Origin: Chloroflexota bacterium
Lineage (GTDB): Bacteria > Chloroflexota > UBA11872 > VXNJ01
Assembly: GCA_965203015.1 (NCBI GenBank)
Contig: CBDBBM010000023.1
Location: 64,308-128,307, forward strand
Reading direction: 5' to 3'
DNA: 64,000 bases
A program made the translations under genes and the position numbers. This document shows, piece by piece, positions 40,093 through 50,061 of the stretch; within the stretch, counting starts at the first letter, position 1; the number at the start of each line of letters is the position of its first letter. The notes beneath the pieces are model-generated. The model saw only the letters and a list, made by a program, of their open reading frames with translations, ran no database searches and was not told the DNA's origin.

Positions 40093-42573
40093 AAACACGA
40101 ATTAACAACCAAGCTGGGCTCAGAAGAGCTCCGTTTGGAGAACGGCCAGCTGGCCCTGCAGGCCGACGGCGCGATCCTGCTCAGCTACGGCGACCTGCGC
40201 CTGCTGTGCACGGTCTGCATGAAAGACAGCCCGCGCGAGGGCCTCGACTTCTTCCCGCTCTCGTGCGACTTTGAGGAAAAGTCCTACTCGGTAGGCCACA
40301 TCCCGGGATCGGTCCTGCGCCGCGAGGGGCGTCCGCCCGACAGCGCGACCCTGACCGCCCGCCTCACCGACCGCCCGCTGCGCCCGCTCTTTCCCAAGGG
40401 CATGCGCAATGACGTCCAGGTCATCAACACCCTGCTGGCCTCGGACAAGGACAACGAGGCCGACGTGCTGGGTATCGTCGGCGCAAGCACCGCCCTGCAT
40501 ATTTCCCGCATCCCCTTCAACGGGCCGATCGGGGCGGTCCGGGTCGGCTACGACGGAGAGAACTTCGTCGTAAACCCGACACGGTCGTTCCTGGCCGAGA
40601 ACCCGGCCCTGGACCTGGTGGTGGCCTCCACCGCCAAGGGCGTGGTGATGATCGAGGCCGGCGCTTCGCAGCTGCCGGAGGACGAGGTCGAAGCCGCAAT
40701 CGAGTTCGGACACGAGCACAACCAGGAGCTGATCGCAATCCAGGAAGAGATGCGCGATCGCTGCGGGGTTGACAAGGCCGAACCGATCATCGCCGGCGTC
40801 TACGAGGGCGCCGAAGAGGCGGTCACGGCGGCGGTCGGATCCGACCTGGCGGCGGCGGCGCGCATCACCACCGAGCCCGAGCGGGGCGAGGCGGTTGCGG
40901 CCGCGCGCGAGGCCGCCAACGACGCGCTCGAGGATTCAGAGTTTGGGCCCGAGGCCGTAGCGGCCGGGTTCGAATCCGCGCTCAAGGCCGCGACCCGGGC
41001 CGCGATCCTCGACGATCAGCTGCGCCCCGACGGACGCGCTCCCGGCCAGCTGCGGGAACTTTCCGCCGATGTCGGAATCCTGCCGCGGGTGCACGGAACC
41101 GGACTGTTCCAGCGCGGCCTGACCCAGTGCCTGAACATCGTGACCCTGGGCAACGCCCGCTCGGTGCAGCGCATTGGCCTGGACAACCTCGACTGGGAGG
41201 AGTCCAAGCGCTACATGCACCACTACTACATGCCCCCGTTCGCATCCGGCGAGGCCTACCCGCTGCGCGGCCCACGGCGGCGCGAGATCGGGCATGGCTA
41301 CCTGGCCGAGCGCGCCATCACTCCGGTGCTGCCGGACGAATCCGAATTCCCATACGTGATCCGCACCGTTTCCGAGATCCTCTCCTCGAACGGTTCGACC
41401 TCAATGGCCGCCACCACCGCTTCGGCGTTGGCCCTGATGGACGCCGGCGTGCCGCTGAAGGCCCCGGTGACCGGTATCTCGATCGGACTCATCTCCGATG
41501 GCGAAGGCCGGCAGGAGATCCTCACCGACATCCAGGGCGCCGAGGACCACTTCGGCGACATGGACTTCAAGGTTGCGGGATCGGCCGATGGGGTGACCGC
41601 CATCCAGCTGGACATCAAGCTCGATCACATTCCGCTCTCGATCATCGGACCGGTGCTGGCCGCCGGCCGCGCGGCCAGGATGGAAATCCTCGAGGTGATG
41701 CAGGCGGCGATCGACCAGCCGCGTGACTCGGTGAACACCTGGGCGCCCAAGATCGAGATCCACAAGATCGATCCGACCAAGATCGGCGAGGTGATCGGCC
41801 CCGGCGGCAAGGTCATCCGCAAGCTTGAGGAACTCACCGGCGCTTCAATCGACATCGCCGAGGACGGCACCCTGACGGTGGCCGCCCCCGACCGCGAGCA
41901 GGCCGAAAAGACGATCGCGATGATCCGCGACATCATCGGCGACATCGAGCTCGGGCGGGTCGTCTCCGGACCGGTGGAGCGGATCCTGCCGTTCGGCGCA
42001 TTCATTGAATTCGCGCCCGGCAAACAGGGCATGATCCACATCTCGGAACTGGCCGACTACCGCGTCGAGGAAGTCGAGGACGAGGTCTCGGTCGGTGACG
42101 TGATCGAAGCCAAGGTAATAGAGATCGACGACCTGGGGCGGATCAACCTGTCACGCAAAGCGGTCCTGATGGGCGATGACTACACCGGTTACCGTCCACG
42201 CGGCGGCGGCGGCGGCCGACGCAACGGCGGCCGCGACCGCGGAGGATTCCGCGACCGTGGTGGCGACCGCGGAGGTTTCCGACGCGGCGGACGCGGCGGA
42301 GGATTCCGTGACCGTGGTGGCGACCGCGGCGGACGTGGAGGTTTCCGTGATGACTTTGGCGACCGTGGAGACCGCGGAGACCGCGGTGGTCGTGGCGGCG
42401 GCGGCCGACGCGGCGGCGGCGGACGCGGATTTGATCGCAACCGTCCGCAACGACGCCGGAACTGGGACGACGACCGCGGCGGACGCGGCCGTGGACGTGA
42501 CCGGGACCAAGGCCGTGGACGCGACCGCGATCGAAGCGGCGGACGCGAACCCGACTGGGAATTCATGGACTAA
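40093..42573 (+). CDS. pnp: polyribonucleotide nucleotidyltransferase (PNPase) with ~180-aa C-terminal Arg/Gly-rich (RGG/RGD) disordered tail
   Basis: two RNase PH domains, KH (...IGPGGKVIRKLEE...) and S1 (...GRVVSGPVERILPFGAFIEF...) then GGGGRRNGGRDRGGFRDRGGDRGGFRRGGRGGGFRDRGG...; probable TTG start at 40093. Confidence 0.93.
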   Translation, partial: KHELTTKLGSEELRLENGQLALQADGAILLSYGDLRLLCTVCMKDSPREGLDFFPLSCDFEEKSYSVGHIPGSVLRREGRPPDSATLTARLTDRPLRPLFPKGMRNDVQVINTLLASDKDNEADVLGIVGASTALHISRIPFNGPIGAVRVGYDGENFVVNPTRSFLAENPALDLVVASTAKGVVMIEAGASQLPEDEVEAAIEFGHEHNQELIAIQEEMRDRCGVDKAEPIIAGVYEGAEEAVTAAVGSDLAAAARITTEPERGEAVAAAREAANDALEDSEFGPEAVAAGFESALKAATRAAILDDQLRPDGRAPGQLRELSADVGILPRVHGTGLFQRGLTQCLNIVTLGNARSVQRIGLDNLDWEESKRYMHHYYMPPFASGEAYPLRGPRRREIGHGYLAERAITPVLPDESEFPYVIRTVSEILSSNGSTSMAATTASALALMDAGVPLKAPVTGISIGLISDGEGRQEILTDIQGAEDHFGDMDFKVAGSADGVTAIQLDIKLDHIPLSIIGPVLAAGRAARMEILEVMQAAIDQPRDSVNTWAPKIEIHKIDPTKIGEVIGPGGKVIRKLEELTGASIDIAEDGTLTVAAPDREQAEKTIAMIRDIIGDIELGRVVSGPVERILPFGAFIEFAPGKQGMIHISELADYRVEEVEDEVSVGDVIEAKVIEIDDLGRINLSRKAVLMGDDYTGYRPRGGGGGRRNGGRDRGGFRDRGGDRGGFRRGGRGGGFRDRGGDRGGRGGFRDDFGDRGDRGDRGGRGGGGRRGGGGRGFDRNRPQRRRNWDDDRGGRGRGRDRDQGRGRDRDRSGGREPDWEFMD

Positions 42574-42576
42574 CCG

Positions 42577-43359
42577 ATGATCAGAGTCGCCGTATCCGGA
42601 GCCGCCGGAAAAGTCGGCCGGGAGGTGGTCGCCGCAGTGGCGGCCGCCCCCGATCTGGAGCTGGCCGGACTCTGTGACCTGGGGCCGATCCCGGAGGAAA
42701 TCGCTTCCCAAGTCGGTAGCGACTGCCGGGGTAGCGAACTGGACCGGGTTCTGGCCGCGTCCGGTGCCGCGGTGGTGGTCGATTTCACCAACGCCGCCGC
42801 CGGCCCCGGACATCTGCTGGCCGCCGCCGCCGCCGGGGTCTGCCCGGTGGTGGGCACGACCGGCTTCACCGACGGGCACATAAGCGCCCTGGGCGAGGCC
42901 GTCGCCGAGGCCGGCGTCGGTGGTTTTCTGGCGCCGAACTTTGCAATTGGCGCGGTCCTGCAGATGCAGATGTGCGCGCTGGCGGCACGCTACTTCGACA
43001 CCGTCGAGGTGATCGAGCTGCACCACGACCAGAAGATCGACGCACCCTCCGGCACCGCGCTGGCGACCGCGCGCCGGATCGCTGCCGCGGCCGGTGGCGG
43101 CACGCGCGACGTGGGGACCGAAAAGTTCGCCGTCCAGGGCGTGCGCGGCGGCAACGTGGACGGAGTGAAGGTGCACTCGGTGCGGCTGCCGGGGCTGGTG
43201 GCCCACCAGGAAGTCATCTTCGGCGGCACCGGCCAGACCCTCACCCTGCGGCACGACTCGATCAGCCGCGAATCCTTCATGCCCGGGGTCCTGCTGGCGG
43301 TGCGCCGGGTCCAATCACTGAGCGGGCTGGTCATCGGCCTTGAAAACCTGCTGGACTAG
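42577..43359 (+). CDS. dapB: 4-hydroxy-tetrahydrodipicolinate reductase
   Basis: MIRVAVSGAAGKVGREVV... Rossmann N-terminus + DapB C-terminal domain. Confidence 0.93.
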   Translation: MIRVAVSGAAGKVGREVVAAVAAAPDLELAGLCDLGPIPEEIASQVGSDCRGSELDRVLAASGAAVVVDFTNAAAGPGHLLAAAAAGVCPVVGTTGFTDGHISALGEAVAEAGVGGFLAPNFAIGAVLQMQMCALAARYFDTVEVIELHHDQKIDAPSGTALATARRIAAAAGGGTRDVGTEKFAVQGVRGGNVDGVKVHSVRLPGLVAHQEVIFGGTGQTLTLRHDSISRESFMPGVLLAVRRVQSLSGLVIGLENLLD

Positions 43360-43442
43360 GCCTGGCCGGTCATGACCAAACGCGCGTTCCGAGATCTGTC
43401 GCCGGCACGGCGGCACCACTACCTGCGAGGGCCGAGAGGGCT

Positions 43443-44501
43443 ATGAGAGCACCAAACGTGGCCGTGGTCGGCGCTACCGGCGCGGTCGGTGGAGTCCTGC
43501 TCGGGATCCTGGCCGAGCGCAGTTTCCCGATCGGCAGCCTCAAGCTCCTGGCCAGCAAGCGGTCGGCGGGCCGGACGATCTCCTTTGCGGGCCGCGACCT
43601 GGAGGTCGCCGAACTCCGCGAGGACTCCTTCGACGGAATCGACCTGGTGTTTTCGGCCGCCGGAGGCAGCATCGCGCGCTGGTTCGCCCCGCACGCCGTG
43701 GCCGCCGGGGCGGTCGTGATCGACAAGAGTTCGGCCTGGCGCTACGAGCCCGACGTGCCGCTGGTGGTCCCGGAGGTAAACGGCGACGAACTGTCCCGTC
43801 ACCGCGGAATCATCGCCTGTCCGAACTGCTCCACGATCCAGATGGTGATGGCCCTGGCCCCGATCGATAAGGCCTTTCCGATCAGCCGGGTGGTGGCCTC
43901 GACCTACCAGGCCGTCTCCGGCGCCGGGGCGGCAGCGGTGGCCGAGCTCGACCAGCAGATTGCCGACATCAGCGGCGGACGCGCGCCGCAGGCGAGCGTG
44001 CTGCCACGCCAAATAGCCCAGAACGTGGTCCCGGAAGTCGAGACCTTCCGTCCCGAAGACGGCTACACCAGCGAGGAATGGAAGATGGCGGCCGAGACCC
44101 GCAAGATAATGGCCCGGCCGCAGCTGAGGATCTCGGCCACCTGCGTGCGGGTACCGGTGGCGCGCGGCCATTCCGAATCGATAAACCTCGAATTCGACCA
44201 ACCGGTCGACGTCGACTCAGTCCGCGAACTGCTGGCCAACGCGTCCGGCATCCAGGTGGTCGACGCACCGCTCGATGACCCACCCCGCTACCCGACCGCG
44301 CTCGACGCGGACGGCAACGACAACGTCTGGGTGGGCCGCATCCGCCGCGACGTTTCGACCGAAAACGGGCTCTGCCTCTGGGTGGTTTCGGACAACCTGC
44401 GCAAGGGCGCGGCGACCAATTCGGTGCAGATTGCCGAGCAGCTGCTGGAACGCGGTCTGCTGGCCCCCGCGGTCCCCGACGCCGAGCTGGCCAGAACATA
44501 G
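43443..44501 (+). CDS. asd: aspartate-semialdehyde dehydrogenase
   Basis: ...VAVVGATGAVGGVLL...; catalytic ...IACPNCSTIQMVMAL... Cys motif. Confidence 0.95.
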   Translation: MRAPNVAVVGATGAVGGVLLGILAERSFPIGSLKLLASKRSAGRTISFAGRDLEVAELREDSFDGIDLVFSAAGGSIARWFAPHAVAAGAVVIDKSSAWRYEPDVPLVVPEVNGDELSRHRGIIACPNCSTIQMVMALAPIDKAFPISRVVASTYQAVSGAGAAAVAELDQQIADISGGRAPQASVLPRQIAQNVVPEVETFRPEDGYTSEEWKMAAETRKIMARPQLRISATCVRVPVARGHSESINLEFDQPVDVDSVRELLANASGIQVVDAPLDDPPRYPTALDADGNDNVWVGRIRRDVSTENGLCLWVVSDNLRKGAATNSVQIAEQLLERGLLAPAVPDAELART

Positions 44502-44549
44502 AATCTGCCCAATTCAGCCGGAAGAAACGCACGTGTTGGGAGGCAGGCA

Positions 44550-45464
44550 GTGAAGTTGGAATTCGGGCGGTTGATCACCGCCATGATCACCCCCTTCGGG
44601 GATGACGGGGCGATCGACATCGACACCTTCGCGGCCCTGGCCGACGGCCTCATCGAGGCCGGCAACGACACCCTGCTGGTGACCGGTACGACCGGCGAAT
44701 CGCCGGTGCTGACCGAGTCCGAACGGGCCGACCTGTATCGCGAAGCGGTCCGGGTCGCTGGCGGACGGGCCAAGGTCATGGCCGGCACGGGCGGCTACAA
44801 CACGGCCGAGAGCATTCATCTCTCGCAGATGGCGGCCGAGTGCGGCGTGGACGCGTTGCTGCAGGTGGCGCCCTACTACAACAAGCCGCCGCAGGAAGGT
44901 CTCTACCGGCACTTTGCGGCGATCGCCGCCAGCACCGACCTCCCGAACATGCTCTACAACGTGCCCTCGCGCACGGTCACCAACATCGACGCTGTCACCG
45001 TCGCGCGCTGCTCGCAGATCGAGAACATATTCGCGGTCAAGGAGGCCAGCGCCAATTTCGACCAGATCGCCGAAATCATCCGCACCGCCGAGCCCGGCTT
45101 TCTGGTGTATTCGGGCAACGACGGCGACACGCTGCCGATGATGGCCCTCGGCGGGGTCGGGGTAGTCTCGGTCGCGTCGCACCTGGTTTCGGGTCAGATC
45201 AAGGCCATGATGGAAGCGACCGCCGACGGCGACCTGTCGACCGCCGCATCCCTGCACATGGAAATACTGCCGCTGGTGAGGGCGCTTTTCCCGGCCGGCT
45301 GGAGCAGTCCGATAGCGCTCAAGTCGGCGCTGAATTCGGTCGGCTTCAGCGTCGGACTGCCGCGCTTGCCGCTGGTCGAGCACGAACCGTCGCTGGCGGC
45401 CGAACTGGCCGAGATCACGCGACGCCAGCGCCTCGACCAGTACCTGTTCGCCCGGGTGAGCTGA
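44550..45464 (+). CDS. dapA: 4-hydroxy-tetrahydrodipicolinate synthase
   Basis: ...LITAMITPFGDDGAID...VTGTTGESPVLTESER...Y..PYYNKP... DapA signatures incl. Schiff-base Lys region. Confidence 0.95.
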   Translation: MKLEFGRLITAMITPFGDDGAIDIDTFAALADGLIEAGNDTLLVTGTTGESPVLTESERADLYREAVRVAGGRAKVMAGTGGYNTAESIHLSQMAAECGVDALLQVAPYYNKPPQEGLYRHFAAIAASTDLPNMLYNVPSRTVTNIDAVTVARCSQIENIFAVKEASANFDQIAEIIRTAEPGFLVYSGNDGDTLPMMALGGVGVVSVASHLVSGQIKAMMEATADGDLSTAASLHMEILPLVRALFPAGWSSPIALKSALNSVGFSVGLPRLPLVEHEPSLAAELAEITRRQRLDQYLFARVS

Positions 45465-45465
45465 C

Positions 45466-46098
45466 CTGGCCGAACCCGGCCCCGCGGCCACCCTGGAAGG
45501 CCTTGCCGCGGCCATCGCCGACTGCACCTCATGCGGGCTGGCCAAGACGCGCCGCAACGCCGTTCCCGGGGAGGGCAGCCGCGCCGCCGACATCATGTTC
45601 ATCGGCGAGGGGCCGGGCCAGCGCGAGGATGAGTCGGGACGCCCGTTCGTCGGGCCGGCCGGCAGATTCCTGACCGAGATGCTGGCCGAAATCGGCCTGC
45701 AACGCGGCGACGTTTTCATCACCAACGTGGTCAAGTGCCGGCCGCCGGGCAACCGCGACCCGCTGCCGCAGGAAGTGGACGCCTGTTCCGGCTGGCTCAA
45801 AGCCCAGATCGCCGCGATCGGGCCGCGCGTCCTGGTCCTGCTCGGCCGACACGCCCTGCAGCGCTTTTTTAGGGGCGCGCGCATTTCGGCCGAACACGGC
45901 CAGATCCGGCGATTGGGCTCCATCTGCGTTATGCCGATGTACCACCCGGCGGCGGCGCTGCACAATCCGGGTCTGCGCGGTGCCTGCCTGGAAGACTTTC
46001 AAAGACTGCGGCAGTTTCTGGAAGAACCCCCCGAACCGGCCGAGCCGTCCCCCGAACCGGCCGCCGCGCCCACGCCAGTCCAGCGCTCGCTTTTCTGA
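45466..46098 (+). CDS. uracil-DNA glycosylase, family 4 (4Fe-4S); start codon unresolved
   Basis: ...ADCTSCGLAKTRRNAVPGEGSRAADIMFIGEGPGQREDESGRPFVGPAG...ITNVVKCRPPGNRDP...; reading frame is open from dapA stop but has no ATG/GTG/TTG before the N-terminal Cys pair (first ATG at 45595 would delete it). Confidence 0.75.
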   Translation: MAEPGPAATLEGLAAAIADCTSCGLAKTRRNAVPGEGSRAADIMFIGEGPGQREDESGRPFVGPAGRFLTEMLAEIGLQRGDVFITNVVKCRPPGNRDPLPQEVDACSGWLKAQIAAIGPRVLVLLGRHALQRFFRGARISAEHGQIRRLGSICVMPMYHPAAALHNPGLRGACLEDFQRLRQFLEEPPEPAEPSPEPAAAPTPVQRSLF

Positions 46099-46133
46099 AG
46101 TTGAACGGTCGGCCCGTCCAATAGGGCCGCGGC

Positions 46134-47843
46134 GTGGCGCGCCCAACCCGAAGAACTATCCATCAAGGAACCAATCATTTGAAATCAAATTCGCACAGCG
46201 TGCGCGCCACTTTTCTGGGTGGCCTGGGCGACGTAGGCCGAAACTGCCTGCTGCTCGAGTGCCAGAACGATGCGATCCTGGTCGACTGCGGCGTGCTGTT
46301 TCCCGACGAACGCGCGCCCGGGGTGGACCTGATCCTGCCCGACCTGGACCTGCTCGATGAGGCATCCGGGAACCTGCGGGCGGCGTTCTTCACCCACGGG
46401 CACGAGGACCACATCGGGGCCGCCCCGTATTTGTTGCGCCGTCACGAGCTGCCGCTCTACGGGTCGCCGTTGACCCTGGCCCTGCTGAACGCGCGCTTGG
46501 AGGAGGCCGGTCTGGCCAAGGATGCCGACCTGCGGCGGTTGCGGGTCCACGCGACCGTCCGCCAGGGCTGCTTCGAGGTCACCCCCTTCCATGTCTGTCA
46601 CTCGATTCCCGACGCGCTCGGATTTGCCATCCGTACGCCGGCCGGTACCCTCATTCACACCGGCGACTACATGCTGGACAATCGGCCGCTGGATGGAAAC
46701 CTGACCGACCTGCAGATGCTCGGCGAGCTTGGCGGCGAAGGTGTGCTGGCCCTGTTCGCCGATTCGACCAACGCCGACGTGCCCGGGCACACCGCCTCGC
46801 AGCAGTCCATCTACGACGGACTGGCAAAGGTTTTCGCGCAGGCCGAGTACGGCCGCGTGATCGTGGCGAGCTTTGCGTCCAACCTGGCCCGCGTCCAGCA
46901 GATCGCCGACCTGGCCCACCAGTACGGCCGGCGGGTGTGCCTGCTGGGCCGCTCGCTGGAGCGCAACTTCCCGCTGGCGGCCGACCTGGCGCTGCTCGAT
47001 ATCGACCCCGGCGACCTGCTGCCGACCAGGCTCATTGACCAGGTCCCGCACGAGGAGCTGGCGATCGTCTGCACCGGCAGCCAGGCCGAACCGGGCTCGG
47101 CGCTGGCGCGCCTGGCCGAGGGCCGGCACCCGCTGCTGGAAATCGACGAAGGCGACACGGTGGTTATTTCGGCCTCCACCGTGCCCGGCAACGAGCGGCC
47201 GGTGCAGCGCATGGTCGGCGAGCTCTTCCGCCGCGGCGCGAACGTGATCTTCGGACAGCTCGGCGAGGTCCACGTCAGCGGGCACGCGGCCCGCGAGGAC
47301 ACCCGCACCCTGCTGTCGGTGGTTCGCCCGCGGTACTTCGTCCCGGTGCACGGCGCCCACCACCACCTTGCGCTGCAGGGCCGGGTGGCGATCGAAGCCG
47401 GCCTGCCGGAGGACGCCGTCGTGGTGGCCGGCGACGGGGCGGTGCTGGAGATCGGCCCCGACCGCATCGCCCAGGTGGGCCAGCGCCAGGCGCGCTACAT
47501 CCACGTGAACCGCGGCGCTCCGCGGGCGTTCATCAGCGAGCGGATCCTGGGCCAGCGCAGACAGCTCGCACGCGCCGGCATGGTCGTTGTTTCCGTTCGG
47601 GTGGACCTGCGCCGGAATCGGCTGGCGGGGCCCCCGCAGCTGCGCGGCGTGGGCCTGTTCGATGATGCCGACGACGTACTCGCCGGCATCGCCGATGGGC
47701 TGGGCGAGCGGCTGGCCAGCGACCCCGAACCCCTCGCGGACCTGGAAGAAGCCGAAAGAAAAGTTAAAATGCTGGTCGGGAGGCAGCTAAAAGCCGAAAC
47801 TGGCTTGCGGCCACGGATCATTGCGATCGTGACCGCGGGCTGA
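46134..47843 (+). CDS. rnj: ribonuclease J
   Basis: metallo-beta-lactamase ...FFTHGHEDHIGA... + beta-CASP + C-terminal domain; alternative TTG start at 46170. Confidence 0.9.
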   Translation: MARPTRRTIHQGTNHLKSNSHSVRATFLGGLGDVGRNCLLLECQNDAILVDCGVLFPDERAPGVDLILPDLDLLDEASGNLRAAFFTHGHEDHIGAAPYLLRRHELPLYGSPLTLALLNARLEEAGLAKDADLRRLRVHATVRQGCFEVTPFHVCHSIPDALGFAIRTPAGTLIHTGDYMLDNRPLDGNLTDLQMLGELGGEGVLALFADSTNADVPGHTASQQSIYDGLAKVFAQAEYGRVIVASFASNLARVQQIADLAHQYGRRVCLLGRSLERNFPLAADLALLDIDPGDLLPTRLIDQVPHEELAIVCTGSQAEPGSALARLAEGRHPLLEIDEGDTVVISASTVPGNERPVQRMVGELFRRGANVIFGQLGEVHVSGHAAREDTRTLLSVVRPRYFVPVHGAHHHLALQGRVAIEAGLPEDAVVVAGDGAVLEIGPDRIAQVGQRQARYIHVNRGAPRAFISERILGQRRQLARAGMVVVSVRVDLRRNRLAGPPQLRGVGLFDDADDVLAGIADGLGERLASDPEPLADLEEAERKVKMLVGRQLKAETGLRPRIIAIVTAG

Positions 47844-47877
47844 CGGCGTATGACCCGCCCAACCGGAGAACGAAGCC

Positions 47878-50061
47878 TTGGCCAGAGCCAAGCTGGCTGC
47901 CCGCCGCCCCGACCGCGCCGGTGCCTGGTTCGCGATTGCCTCCGCCGCATCGATGGTGCTGATAATCGCCGCCCTGGCGCTCCCGATCCTTCCCGACCAC
48001 CCGCTGGCCCGTTTTCCGGCTGACGTATTCGTCCTGACCCTGGGGCGGGCCTCGGTGCCGGCCATGCTCCTGCTTTTGATCCTCAGCGCGGCCGGAACCG
48101 CGGCCGTGATTCTGCAGCGCCACATCATCGGGGCCCTGCAGGTCTCGCTGGTTCTTGGCCTGATCGTCGCCCTGGCCACTTTCGAATCGGTCGCCGATCT
48201 CTCGTCCGGCGGCCCCGGCGCCGGCGGGCTGGTCGGAAACTGGTTTGGCAGCCGGATGATGGGACCTGTTCCGGATGTGATCGCCGGGCCGCTGGCCGGC
48301 CTGGCCGCGCTGGCGCTGGCCGGCGGGGCCCTTCTGGCATCCACCTGGGCGCGCACCCAGCTGGGTCACCTGGGTGCGCTGACCATCGGCGCCGGCCGGG
48401 CCGCCGGGCAGCAGAGCACGTCGCTGGCCGATTGGCTCAACGCGCGGTTCGGCGTAAAGCTCGATGACGAGGACTTCGATCCGGGCGAGGCCGAACCGAT
48501 CGATGCCGCCCCGCCGGCCGCGGCGGCCGAGACCGAGGAACCGCCCGAACTCGTGATCAAGCAACCGGCTTTCGAAGCCGAGGCGGTCGCGACGCCGGAG
48601 CCCGGCTCGGTCGAAGGGCAGGCCGGCTGGGTCTGTCCGGGACCGGAGCTGCTGGAGGCCCCCGTCCGGCGCGAACGGGTCTCGCACGGCGAAATCACCG
48701 AAAACGCCTCAATCATCGAAAAGACCCTTGCCAACTTCAAGGTCGACGTGCGGGTCGTCGAGGCGATCCCGGGCCCGGTTGTCACCCAGTACTGCATTGC
48801 GCCCGCCGCGGGCGTTCGCGTGACCCACATAACCCGACATGCGGACGACCTGGCGCTGGCGCTCTCGGCGCGCAGCGTGCGGATCGAGTCCCCGATCCCG
48901 GGACGTCCGTTCGTGGGGCTTGAGATTCCCAACCGCGACCCGAGCGTGGTCACGATCCGCGAACTGCTTGAATCGCCCGAATTCAGCGACAACCCCGAAC
49001 CGCTCAAGATTGCCCTGGGCAAGGACGTTGCCGACCACGCCCAGGTGCGCTCGCTGGCCCGCATGCCGCACCTCCTGATCGCCGGTTCGACCGGTTCCGG
49101 GAAATCGGTATTCCTCAACTCCCTGCTGGCCTCGCTGCTCTGCCAGTACACGCCGGACGATCTGCGCATGGTCCTGATAGACCCCAAGATGGTCGAACTG
49201 GTGCCCTACAACCACGTCCCGCACCTCCTGATGCCGGTGGTCTCGACCCCGGCCGAAGCGGTACCGGTTCTGGCCTGGGTGCAGCAGGAAATGACGAGCC
49301 GCTATCGGCTGCTGCGCGATTCCGGTCGGCGCAACCTCGCCGCCTACAACTCCGATCCGGACCGCACTGAATCCGAACGCGTCCCCTATCTGGTCGTGGT
49401 AGTCGACGAGATGGCCGACCTGATGATGACCGCCCCGGCCGAAATCGAACATTCGATCTGCCGCCTGGCGCAGCTGGCGCGCGCGGTCGGAATCCACCTG
49501 GTGATCGCCACGCAGCGCCCCTCGGTGGACGTGATCACCGGTCTGATCAAGGCCAACTTCCCCTCGCGGGTGGCCTTCGCCGTCTCAAGCCAGGTCGATT
49601 CGCGCACCATCCTGGACCAGTCCGGCGCCGAGAAGCTGATGGGCCGCGGAGACATGCTGTTCAACTCGGTCGAGCACGGCAAGAGCGTGCGCGTGCAGGG
49701 GGCGTTCGCGTCCGATGAGGACATAGCCCAGATCATCAATTACTGGGCCAACCAGGGCAGCAGCGAGCATGTTTCCCAGGAGGAGATTTCACAGGCGCCG
49801 CTGGTTGGCAACCCGGTCGACGACGACAGCCTGTACCACGAGGCGGTCAACGTAGTTGCGCAGTTCAACTACGCATCGCCGGCCCTGCTGCAACGCGAAC
49901 TCAAGCTGGGCGCCGGCAAGGCCGCCGACCTGATCGACAAGCTCGCCGCGAACGGGATAATCGGGCCACGCGAGGGCGACAGCGCCTCGCGACCGGTGCT
50001 GGCAGACCAGGGTTCGACCGTGGTCGCCGCCGAACCCGCAGATCAGCCCGCCAATGCTTGA
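47878..50061 (+). CDS. ftsK: DNA translocase FtsK
   Basis: N-terminal 4 TM, Pro/Ala-rich linker, ...LLIAGSTGSGKSVFLNSLL... Walker A, ...VVVDEMADL... Walker B, C-terminal gamma (winged-helix) domain. Confidence 0.9.
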   Translation: MARAKLAARRPDRAGAWFAIASAASMVLIIAALALPILPDHPLARFPADVFVLTLGRASVPAMLLLLILSAAGTAAVILQRHIIGALQVSLVLGLIVALATFESVADLSSGGPGAGGLVGNWFGSRMMGPVPDVIAGPLAGLAALALAGGALLASTWARTQLGHLGALTIGAGRAAGQQSTSLADWLNARFGVKLDDEDFDPGEAEPIDAAPPAAAAETEEPPELVIKQPAFEAEAVATPEPGSVEGQAGWVCPGPELLEAPVRRERVSHGEITENASIIEKTLANFKVDVRVVEAIPGPVVTQYCIAPAAGVRVTHITRHADDLALALSARSVRIESPIPGRPFVGLEIPNRDPSVVTIRELLESPEFSDNPEPLKIALGKDVADHAQVRSLARMPHLLIAGSTGSGKSVFLNSLLASLLCQYTPDDLRMVLIDPKMVELVPYNHVPHLLMPVVSTPAEAVPVLAWVQQEMTSRYRLLRDSGRRNLAAYNSDPDRTESERVPYLVVVVDEMADLMMTAPAEIEHSICRLAQLARAVGIHLVIATQRPSVDVITGLIKANFPSRVAFAVSSQVDSRTILDQSGAEKLMGRGDMLFNSVEHGKSVRVQGAFASDEDIAQIINYWANQGSSEHVSQEEISQAPLVGNPVDDDSLYHEAVNVVAQFNYASPALLQRELKLGAGKAADLIDKLAANGIIGPREGDSASRPVLADQGSTVVAAEPADQPANA

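Noticed and set aside
42180-42560. Repeat-rich DNA that looked superficially like an array
   Set aside because: The repeats are in-frame and encode the RGG tail of PNPase; no spacer/repeat organisation, so not CRISPR.
42151-43314. 387-aa minus-strand ORF
   Set aside because: Antisense to the pnp RGG tail and dapB; low complexity.
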